From: Trichoplax sp. H2
Taxonomy: Eukaryota
Length of the DNA stretch: 64,000 nt
Direction: 5' to 3'
NCBI GenBank assembly: GCA_003344405.1
Contig: NOWV01000003.1
Location: forward strand, 1,116,001 to 1,180,000
The notes beneath the pieces were generated by a model. It was not told the DNA's origin and made no database searches. It saw nothing but the letters and a program-made list of their open reading frames with translations. This document shows, in pieces, positions 53,075-64,000 of this stretch (positions are counted from its first letter, which is position 1; each line of letters begins with the position of its first letter). Position numbers and translations under genes: made by a program.

Positions 53075-56000
53075 TTAAGTTTTTAATTCTTCTCTTTGTT
53101 CGTCATCGTCATTATTGCTAACATCATTATTTTTTAACTCGTTATTAGGCGTTAACTGACCGGAAGATAATTTAGAATCGGAAGCATTATCTTGAGTGTT
53201 CTTGCCATTTTGATAAGAAGTTCTGGATTTTATATTATAATATTCATATTTAAATTAGGATTAGTAAGCGATTTCTTATTTTATGAATATTAATTGTTGA
53301 AAATTTATGTTATCAGTGATTTTATTTACCCATGATGTGATTGCTGTCCTTCAGAATCGTCTCCATCATCAACGAACGGCATTAAATTTGTTTTGTTAAA
53401 TTTTTCAATCGGTTCTCCAATAATGCCAACGCTATTACACGCACATGATTAAGATTCGAATGATTAATTCATTACGTGTGAGATACTAAAGTCGCTTTCA
53501 TAATTCAATAGTTTAAACTAAATAAAATAACGCAGTTCTATTACTTGTTGCTTTCCAGTTGTGCTAATTCATCTGCACTAACGTCTTCTTCTGTGCCAAG
53601 ATTGTTTGATGTTACCTTAAAGTCCCTATTGTTTGAGATATGATAAGTTAATCTTAATTCCAAATAACACAGAATATAATAAATTATCATAAATTTATGT
53701 ACTCTAATTTATAAGGTTTTGCGCGACTCATCAAGTGGGGAGATTGCTCCGAAGTGGAAGGCAATAGGGCAACAACAGCAGGTGATCGAGCGCTTGGTGA
53801 TTTTGTTATAGGAGCGTAAAATTTTTAATGTTAAAATTAGTTATGATAACTATAATATACCTGTTACACCAGATACGTTTTAGTAAAGTAAAATATCAAC
53901 TATTGAATAGCCTAGAAAATTCAACATACTTGATTAGAGAGTTAATTGGTGGTCTCTTGCTGTTGTATTCGAAGACAAGTTAAACGTTTAAATTATATAA
54001 AACTTAACAACATGTAAGCAAGTGTTGAAAGAATTTTACAAAACTTAATTTATCCATTTATAACTTTCGTTAAATTATCAAAACAATATGCAATTATTTA
54101 AAACAATTATTTTGAATATCATTAAGATATTGAAAGCTTACGGTAAATGCCTGACAGGACGAGGTTTAGGAGTTATTGAATTCCTTTTTTCTTCTATAGA
54201 ATCTTTTGTTTTACTTTTACTATTATCATCTTGGTCATCACGATCAATTTTTCTACCTTCTTTATTTTCGTCGATATTGGTGAGATTAAAGTCTTGAACG
54301 GCTACAACCAATGCATCAATCGCATCTTTGCTGTTGGTATTAAATATTATTCGAATAAATTATCACGATATTATTATACTAACATATAATGGTCAGACTA
54401 TTAAAGTTCGTACCATCGCTGGATTAAACCCTTCTAGGTTAATTGAATTGCTATACTTAATTTAAAGAAATTTAATACAGCTATTTTTGTGCATGCAGTG
54501 AGGAAATCAAGAAATACTTACGTTTGAGATTTCGTTATAGCGCTAGGCTTGCTCTTTTTATGACCCACTTTCGAATTTCTTGAATTTGTTACCGGTAATT
54601 TGTTGATATAATGATTTATGTCATCACGTTTTAACAGTTTATCTGCCATCTTAAGTTTTATGATTAGATTCAAAAATTTACTTACACAGTTTGGCGCATG
54701 TAACCGCCAGCAAATTCTTTTTTTTTAGCGCGTAATTCCTTCACCTTAACATCAACATATCTTTTAATTTCAGATTCGTGTGGATCTCTGTCATCACCCA
54801 CTAAGATTAATAAAAAGTACAGTAAATTAAAATAATCTTATCGCTTTCATTTCTACAGAATTCTCACATTTTATTGTGGATATAGTTATTGCAGAATTGT
54901 ACGTTAACATTATAAGCTTTTATGATAAGTTAATACCAAAAAAAAACATATGAAATAGTAATTACCATCATCTTCTTTATGCAATGCTATATTATACATC
55001 TCCGATCTAAACAACCTAAAAATATAAATTAATAAGTCTCCTTTAGTGTGATGAATGGAAAAATTTAGAGGAGCGTAAAATAAGTACTTGTATACTAGTA
55101 GATTTTGTTACTGCTTGTTAATTTCATATCCTTTACTCTCGTAAATTAGTGGTTAAATGAAATTCTACAATAAGATATGAAGCTGTATTACTCTGTATGT
55201 TTAGTATATTAGCTTTCATGTCTAGCTAACAACTGGTATTCCTTCTATAATGTTGATGAGTTATGAAGATATTTCTCGAACTAGTTAACCTTAAACTTGC
55301 TAGCAGGATGCTACTCATTTAACCAACTGTTCGTCAGCTTTATTAGCTAAAAGCTAAATTAACTATCTTATCCTGAGCTGATCTTAAATGTAAAACTAAG
55401 TTTTTTTCTATACTTTTGTTTATGTAAGTTATAGTGGCCACAAAATGTTATTGTTGTGTGTAACTACTGTTCGCAATATAGGCTTACCGTCCCATTTCTT
55501 TGGTAACTTCATTAAAATATTGTCTTCTAAAGGCGATATTCACAACACATGTCGTAAATGCGTACAAATTCTATGTATAATTTGATAAAGTGAAGATTTA
55601 TATTTGATAAATATTACTGATAGATTATTCATGCTGTCTAATAAATAAAGCATAAAAATCATGGGATTGCTAGGTTATATGCATACTTCGAAGGCATCGC
55701 GATCGGTAAAGATGGCCGAAACACGAGATCTATAAAAAGGTATTTTAAAGTTGTATATACTTTAATAAATCACGCCAGTTACTAATAATAAACTAGTATC
55801 TAATCATGCAGTGTAATCACTGCTTACTTTCCACCCTGCATATGATGTTGTTCTTCTAAGCCTAGGCCCATAACTAGTACACAATATGCTTGACCGAGTT
55901 TTTTGGATGCGAATTTTAATTTCCTTAGCGTGCTACATGTATTCCTTAAATTTGCTTCTCTTTGCCATGGGCTACATTTAATGTCAGAGTAATAGTATCA

Positions 56001-57344
56001 ATAATTTTTATTAAATATGGACTATAGTGATAAGTTATTTCAGCTGTCTAATATTATAATAGCGATTTCTAATAACAATTTATTACAACAATATACTGAG
56101 GTAGGATATTTATTTATGATGTGTGGCATACTTTTCCATAATGGTTGGCTTTCGATCTTCCTCAGTTTTTTCGATGAAGGCGGCAAAATAATGTAATACT
56201 GCCATAAGGAAGGTATCAAGTTGCAGAGTACTGCATTGGTACGACAATATAGTAGAAATAATGTCTTAGATCACTGGTTGAAACGTACATATAATAATAT
56301 TTGGCGAAAAGAAATTAGTAGTTTCACTTACTCGATACATCTCTGAAACGTCTCATTAACTGCTCCTGTTTCATCTAATACTGCATCAAGAGCGGCTCCT
56401 TCATATTTTATATTATAAAATTATATTTCGATAAATATAACTGGTGTGTATTTTAAAATTGCGATAATACGATAAAATTTCTCGCAATCATTTAATTGTG
56501 AATTCAGTGCTTACTCTTAACATCTGCTAAAGTGACGACGGTGCCTTTACTAGTGTCATTTGCTCGTCTTGGTCGAGGTGATGTACTTGCATTTTGAAAC
56601 GTGTACTTCACTTTATCGATTTTATGGAGTTGTTTTGCTGTTTGTGAGTTGGCTACTAAATTAAAACTGTGACAATTCAAAGTGGTAGAAGTAGATCAGA
56701 GCTAATACATGCCGTTATCGATAAATATTTGATGTTGCAAGAGCTTATTACTATGCTTTAAATAAAATAAGAATTTCAACCATACTTTTGTTTCTTTTTT
56801 CCATTAGTTACATAACTTATTGCTGCGCCCTGTTTGTTCTTCTTGACACGATGTCCAATATTTTGTTGATTCTTATCAACACTAGGGTTAAGACTGCAAT
56901 AAAGTATAGATTTACGTGTAGCTTTAAGCTACATAGTCGAAATTCTGAATAATACCTTATTTTAATTTTGCTAGTACTTTAATGAGATGATTATTTCTTA
57001 ATAACAATAAGCTAGATTTTTCTTGCACAAGTATAGTTGTACGACCGGCTTAAGGTCACGAATTGACTACCTGACACTTTCCAAATTTCCATCTTTCCAA
57101 GTCCATCGAACGTTTTCCGTTAATATGCTTTCTTTCTGTTATGAAAATTTAAACATTTAATTTCTTATTTCATAAAGTGAACAAAAATTAAGATTCTTTG
57201 TGAAATCTTTGATATTTAAAAGTTTTTTAAAAAGGCTATTCTTGTATGTCGGACAGTATTGAATGAAATGTACTTGTACCCGATATTACAACAATGTTAT
57301 CGACTTACCTTTCCTTCTTTCGCCTTTGGGGTAGTCTTGCTCAT
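53075..57344 (-). CDS. PPP1R36: Protein phosphatase 1 regulatory subunit 36-like, many short exons
   Basis: VTLADVK, LDTFLMAVLHYF, LGQAYCVLVMGLGLEEQHHMQGGK, DRDAFENLYAFTTCVVNIAFRRQYFNEVTKEMGRLFRSEMYN and RSPAVVALLP match my recollection of the PPP1R36 (C14orf50) family. Start assumed at MSKTTPK. Confidence 0.8.
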
Positions 57345-57904
57345 TCTTGATTCCCTTTCCGTTTATAGCTATATCGTAAAACCAGTACCGCACTACGACA
57401 GTTATTTATAGGTTTGAATAAATTATCAATATTTTAACCCTGAAGTTCTACTTAATTGATAATCCTTGATTATATGGTCATGTATCTAAGGAGTAGTAGT
57501 TAGCATTAATTGAGTACACTTTTCAGTTTGCAATTACTGGCTGATACTTTACCAATTCGTATCGATCTGACTACTTCATCTAGTTGCGTTCTATCCCTGA
57601 CTGCCAAATCTCTACAGGAGTTACTGCAACTGAACTGAATGATTTAATTCCTAGAATGTTCAAGAGAACAAACCATAAATGGACTTTTTATAATGAATTT
57701 ACGTGATATTGCTTGAGGTCTGAATGTGAACTTTGATATATTTACGTATATAACAAGCGTACTTGTATACAAGATTGGTAGTGCTAATAATTATAATAAT
57801 GTTATGATGTAGTGATATATTGAAGCATCAATTTTTCAATATGAATATCACTAACTAGTCATAACACTATAAAATAGGCCGCAACTATGGCAAAGCAAAT
57901 GGGA

Positions 57905-58895
57905 GAAACGTACTGTATAGTACTATACATACTTCTAATATGTACGAGTGTGCCACTGTACTCGACTTGCCATGTAAAGAGTAGTATCGTGTTTGTATAT
58001 GCCTATGCATGGATGGTTGCATAGATACCGTTAAACAGTGGAGATGTCCCGATGTCCAGAGGCCTGGAATGGAACTATTGCCACTACATTCTTTACGAAA
58101 TCCTGGGCTACAGTACACTGTATTGTACAGAAGATACTGTAGTAGCTTCATACTGTACAGTGTACAGTACTGTAAAGCCAGACAAGCACTACAGTACTGT
58201 ACGGTACTGTACAGTACAGTAGACCATAGGAGAATAACAAAAGTTGTTTGAATCATTGCTTACCCCTCTCAACTAAGATGTTCACTATGACACACCGATA
58301 ATATTGAAAAATTTTGTCTATTTACACCCTTTTAGTACTCACGCAAGACGAATTGACGCAACATCCAACAGATATTCTAAATTCGGCCATTTGTTTCGAC
58401 GGACTGAAATACAGTACGCGCCACGTAATGTGCTATGACGTACAGTGTACAGTACAGTGTAATTTCTTTTGGATATCGTACAGAGTAAGGTACTGTACTG
58501 TACACTGTACTGTACACTACAGTACACTGACTACAGGACTCAATAGCCTTCCAAAGTTTTTTGTACAGTGTACAGTACTGTACTGTAGGTTCGGTGGCTG
58601 ACAAGGCCCACTCCACGGACCGCGGTACTGTACTGTATACAGTAAACTACCATGTCTGTAGTCCGTGACGGACTCCGTGATGCCTACGTGTACAGACACA
58701 TGTACATAGTACAGTACAGTACAGTAGAGACTCGAACTAAGGGTCTCTACTGCAGTACTGGTATATTCGACTAGACGAACAAAACACGTCCAGTACAGTG
58801 TCACATATTTGTTTTTGGGGGGATGGGCGGTGGACAAAAAAAAAATAAATCGTCAGAATTTTGTACACTCTACTGTACGTACTGTACTGTACTTG
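57905..58895. repeat. ACAGT/TACAG arrays in the PPP1R36/ASPG divergent region
   Basis: Dense runs at about 58105-58222, 58435-58735 and 58860-58895. Smaller runs at about 59625-59710. Confidence 0.9.
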
Positions 58896-59900
58896 GGCAG
58901 GGACGTAAAAGGCTCAAACGACAGAACCACGCTGCTGTAATATATCGTTGACCAAGTTCCCAACACTGATATCGAAAGGGACTTCTCTAAGAGGAAAACC
59001 TTGGATAGCGTTTCAGCTTAATTTAACATTAATTAATACATAATAGTTGATACTAACAAGCAACGATTCATTCACTAATCAATTATACGAATAGGCCGTT
59101 CTTGAAAATATAAAAATAACAGGTAGGTTATTTAATGCATTACTGCACAAGCTATTGTTATACTGTATAAGTGTATGCGTATGCTGTACTATGTGGATAC
59201 GGTTGGAATCCAGCTGCACTCTGTGCACAGGTCTCTCTGCTACACATACAGTACGATAAAATGTGTATATGTACGTTATTTTATTTCAACTTTAATAATG
59301 AAATTTGATGAAATGATTTCGCTAAATTGCGATTGCTTTTTTTCTATCCTGTATTACTCATACATTGTAATGCATAGTATGCGATCCATCTGTAGAACAC
59401 TGAAGCACATGTTCTATGATATTTCCGATATGTGAAAATAGTTAACTAATCAGACTTTGCTCTTAGATTGATCAACTATATACAGCAACGAAGCAAGTGT
59501 AGTTGACAATTAAGAAAGAGTACATAGCTTCCAGTTGGAGACTTGCATGATTTAGAGGTTACAAGCAGTCCACACAATTTTAAAAGCTGCACTCCTGTCA
59601 GATTACATTAGATTACAAAAGATGCTACTGTACAGTGTACAGTACAGTATACCGATACGGCTTTTTAGTTTTTGATGGCACCTAATGACTGATAACTAAA
59701 GTACTGTACACTGCTCACCGTACATTTTAAAACAGTCAGCTCTTGTTACAATATTAATGGAGTCATTTAAGTAACGATTCTAAAAAAATGTGGATGGCTT
59801 ACGTACTTACGGGCAAATTCCTATCCACAAGTTCGAACTTATCACACCTGCACTGTACTATATTTTGATTATAGAACTTATTTGATAATAATTAATTAAT

Positions 59901-59901
59901 A

Positions 59902-59932
<31 letters not shown>
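59901..59932. repeat. (ATT)n microsatellite
   Basis: About 10 att units. Confidence 0.9.
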
Positions 59933-59938
<6 letters not shown>

Positions 59939-60829
59939 CAGTACAGTAGTAATTATTGTAATAGGATACTAATTTAATATAGTTTACATTCTGATTGTTT
60001 TGTGACGTCGAAAGACTGCACTGTACAGTGTACACTATACCGGATATCATTTTGATAATATAGTTTGACTTGCTAAATGAATGATATACAACATATAAAA
60101 CGAATCTTCATTTGTATGCAACACTAAACTTTTCTTTGATATGTACATTGTACAATAATTGTATTCTTAATATCGTATGTTCGTAAAATGAGCTCTTGCT
60201 CAATGAGATATTCATTTATACCGCAAGATAATTGAACAATTATATAGTACCTGTAACTATACTCAGGCTACGCTAGTTGAACAAATTAAATTGTGGCATT
60301 GTGCCGTGTCTCTAGCTGCTAGTTATTTTATCTAATGTTCACATTGTATGGATAGCTAGCTACCACTACCAATTGATTTACGTAAAAATCTAGTACTACA
60401 TTAGGTCCCTGAGTTTAGAGGCATCAATATTCTCTGCCTGTCATGCTGCTTTTGGAAAAATAATCTAGTAATTGGCTAAAGGGACATATTCAATTTCAGC
60501 AGCAACCAATTGCTGGCTGCTGTAGTAAAATCTTAGGAAGAATGAAATTTTTATTTAGGTCCACAATATAGATGAGCACATAAAACTACAGTCTGATGTA
60601 GTAAATGGAAGCACTAAAAACGTACATTTTTATATTGTAGATGCAATTTTATTTGAGAATACTCGTATGTCGTATACTGTTTCAATGCTACAGTACTGTA
60701 TTGATATCCTATGTACTGTACAGTATGATATACTGTTATATGAAACCTAATCATCACCCCTATTTTATACATATTAATTTTAGGGAAAATTACGTAATTA
60801 AATTTTAAATCTTATTTTTATATCGTAGA

Positions 60830-63800
60830 ATGAGTAGATTATATGCGCATCACAATTCATCAAGTCTGTCTGAGCAGGCAGAATCAAAAGTCTTGATACT
60901 CTATACCGGCGGTACGATTGGTATGAAAAAAACAGAGAGAGGTTTGTTGATGTAATTGTTTAAGTCTATTATAATGTATGTATTTGATGCTAAATCTTGA
61001 AGATTCTAAATTTAACGTAAATTACAACGCTTATCTACTTCGAAGCGTGGCAAGTTAATATGTGACATTCGGAAACGATTCATATACTCGTACTATCAGA
61101 ATTTAGAGTTATTATTGTTTTTTAAAATTAGCATTGATTTTATAATTATATTTATATATATATTAATTAGTAGCTTCGTACTAATTGGTGAGGCTTGTAA
61201 TATAATATACAGTAGAAGATCTCTTAGCCTTTGCTTAAAATTTCATGTATAGCTTAGAATAATTTACCACTGACAGCAATTTAGGCGAATTAATAAGTTA
61301 AAGCTTTAATGTGATCTTATCGTCTACCCAATTAGGCTATGAACCTTATCCTAATTACTTAGCAAACTCATTAAAGTCCTTGCCCATGTTACACGATCCT
61401 AACTATGATCAAGAGTTGTTCTCTCCTCCGGACAACTTGGAATCTCTCATTTGTCCGTAAGATAACTGAATACTTTTTTCCAAATATATTATATATCAAT
61501 GTTATTGAATAATCTTATATGTAAAATACATTGGTGGTGGAATTATAAAGTCGTTATATAAAACTTGCCAAATAACCGTAATAAATCTAAAACTTAATAG
61601 TTGGAGGATGTAATAGTACTGTTGAGTGTTAATGTTTTCCTAATGTTAGAATATCGCGTAAATTTTAGCTATTTATGAGTTTTTGACATAATGCTATATC
61701 CCTTTTAAGAGTCTCAATTTATGGTTGTCGAGTTATTTATTGTGTTATGGAGTACGAACCTTTGATGGATTCATCCGACATGTCTATGGATGTTTGGGCA
61801 AAGATCGCAATGGACATAAGAAAATATTACGAAATATTTGATGGTTTTGTTATTCTTCATGGAACTGACACTATGGCTTATACGTCTTCAGCACTTTCAT
61901 TTATGTTGGAAGATTTAGGAAAATCAATCATTTTAACTGGAGCCCAAGTCCCGATATACGAGCAGCGAAGTGACGGAAGGGAGAACTTATTAGGAGCATT
62001 GATAATAGCTGGTCATTATGTTATACCAGAAGTTACGTTATACTTTGATCATAAACTATATCGTGGTAATCGCGTTATTAAAGATAATAACCGCGAATTT
62101 AATGCTTTTCAATCACCAAATTTTGCGCCTTTAGCCAATGTGGGAATAGATATAGAAGGTAAAATTCGCTTGATAGCTTTGAAATTATGCATGACATAAC
62201 TTTACAACTTCCTAGTAGGCTACATAGATAGATACATTATAATTCAGAAAAATATTAATTTAAAAGTTGAATATGTACACATATCTACGATCTTTATTTG
62301 CGAATCAAAAAATGCTTTGCTGTCACTTTTAAGTTTTTATTGTTAATAACTCTTTTTATAGTTCAATGGAGTTCTATTTTTCGTAGTGGAAAATTACAGA
62401 AATTCCATATCTACACAAGTATGAGCTCAAACGTTGGTATTCTGAGATTATTTCCTGGTATTACTGCAGAAACTGTAAGCTGTAGCTGTATCATGTACAG
62501 CCCCATATATGAGAAATTAATATGAAAATTAAACTTCCTTAAATGCCTGTAAGAAACATTTCTCCTTACGCTGTAGATACGGACGTTTCTATTACCACCG
62601 ATGGAAGGCGTTATATTGCTTTCTTATGGATCTGGAAATGCTCCTAGTAGATTCCCCAACATAATCAATGAATTTCGAAAGGCATGCGATCGTGGTGTGC
62701 TTATTCTGAATATCAGTCAATGTTGCAGAGGGTTTGTCGATGATTCATACATGGTAGGGAAGGTATGGCATATATTTGTGACTTAAGTACTACAGTATTG
62801 ACGAAAATCGTATATGGTGTACTCTATCGTAAAGGAAGGTTATTTCTTAAAAGCTGAAATTTTTCATGCGATGATAGATCTTGACTAATGTTGGAATAAT
62901 TCCTGGCGCTGACATGACACCTGAGGCTGCACTAACAAAAATGAGCTATTTACTAGGAAGAGATGATCTTGACCTAGCAACGAAACGTCGCGTACATTCT
63001 AAGTTTTCAAAAAGCTTTTACAACAAGTATAGGATATCAATAACTTCATGAATAATTTTAGATATGCGTTTTACTAGATGCTCAAAGAGAATTTACGCGG
63101 AGAATTAACAGTGCGTCTGTCTTGGAAAGAAAGTGAATTTATTAACAGCGTCGCACAAGCTTTGAAAGCAACATCTATAAAAGAAATCGATACCATTCAG
63201 TCAATGTTATTTCCGGTATTACTATGTTCTGCAGCCGCAGTTGGTAATGTCTCCTCTCTTAAAACGTTAACAGAACAGGTACTCGTTCACCCATGCAGTA
63301 ATAATGAGCGTACAACACAATTGCACACTTTTATTATAACTATTGCGGGGCTAAATAAAGTTCTGCTATATATAAATTATATAGATAATATCGCTTCGGC
63401 TATCAAGGCTATGTTCATCATTTTGGTGCGAAATATATGTCCGTAATAACATAGTACATTATATTTTAATATCAAGGGTGCTAATGTAAACAGTTGTGAT
63501 TACGATGGGCGTACCCCGCTACATTTAGCATCTTATGAAGGACATATCGAAGCTGTTAGATTTCTGCTCGAAAAAGGAGCTTCTGTATTTTCAAGGGATC
63601 GATTACACAGAACGCCTTATATCGATGCTTTATTGAATAGGTGCAGTAAATTCTATTCAATTTTGTTTATTTTACTTTAATTAGGTTTATTACGTTACCT
63701 CGTGATGCTGTATAATTCAAGGATATTTACATATATGTATATATTTTTAGTTAATTGCAATATTTCGTACATAGTATGCGTTTTATAATTTCGACAACTG

Positions 63801-63936
63801 TTTAAGATATTACTGAGGCTTAAAATTTAAAATATTTTCTAATCTAACTTAGCCAAGCAGAGGTTGTAAAAATTCTTAAGATTAGTGGAGCTCATCTGCA
63901 TATCGGCGGAGAAGAAATAACTTTTTACCTAAATAA
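60830..63936 (+). CDS. ASPG: 60-kDa lysophospholipase / L-asparaginase with ankyrin repeats (probably 3'-partial)
   Basis: [51 protein letters not shown] and [15 protein letters not shown], then ankyrin [19 protein letters not shown]. The last visible exon 63853-63936 is followed by gtaggt. Confidence 0.94.
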
Positions 63937-64000
63937 GTAGGTTTCGGCTTAAATATTAAGTGTATACACGAGAATTTAATTGTAATATTGGTTAGAGTTA

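Overview
AT-rich, intron-dense eukaryotic DNA from a compact animal genome. The short introns and very abundant ACAGT/TACAG arrays suggest a placozoan such as Trichoplax (inference). Manual splicing recovers 12 multi-exon genes, most of them missed or fragmented by the ORF track. They form six consecutive head-to-head pairs: SELENOW(-)/SDE2(+), orphan(-)/CCDC32(+), ABHD12(-)/GINS1(+), POMT2(-)/SPTLC2(+), N-acylated globin(-)/AKR1A-like(+) and PPP1R36(-)/ASPG(+, probably running off the window). Highlights: (1) a selenoprotein W gene with an in-frame UGA and an atypical UUGA-type SECIS; (2) ACAGT arrays concentrated in divergent promoters; (3) gene neighbourhoods that echo human ABHD12-GINS1 and POMT2-NGB-SPTLC2; (4) three different solo LTRs with 5-bp TSDs, two showing apparent haplotype variants across assembly gaps; (5) one GC-AG intron and one candidate U12 intron; (6) small MITE/Helitron-like elements and hairpins. 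No tRNA, rRNA or CRISPR array was recognised.
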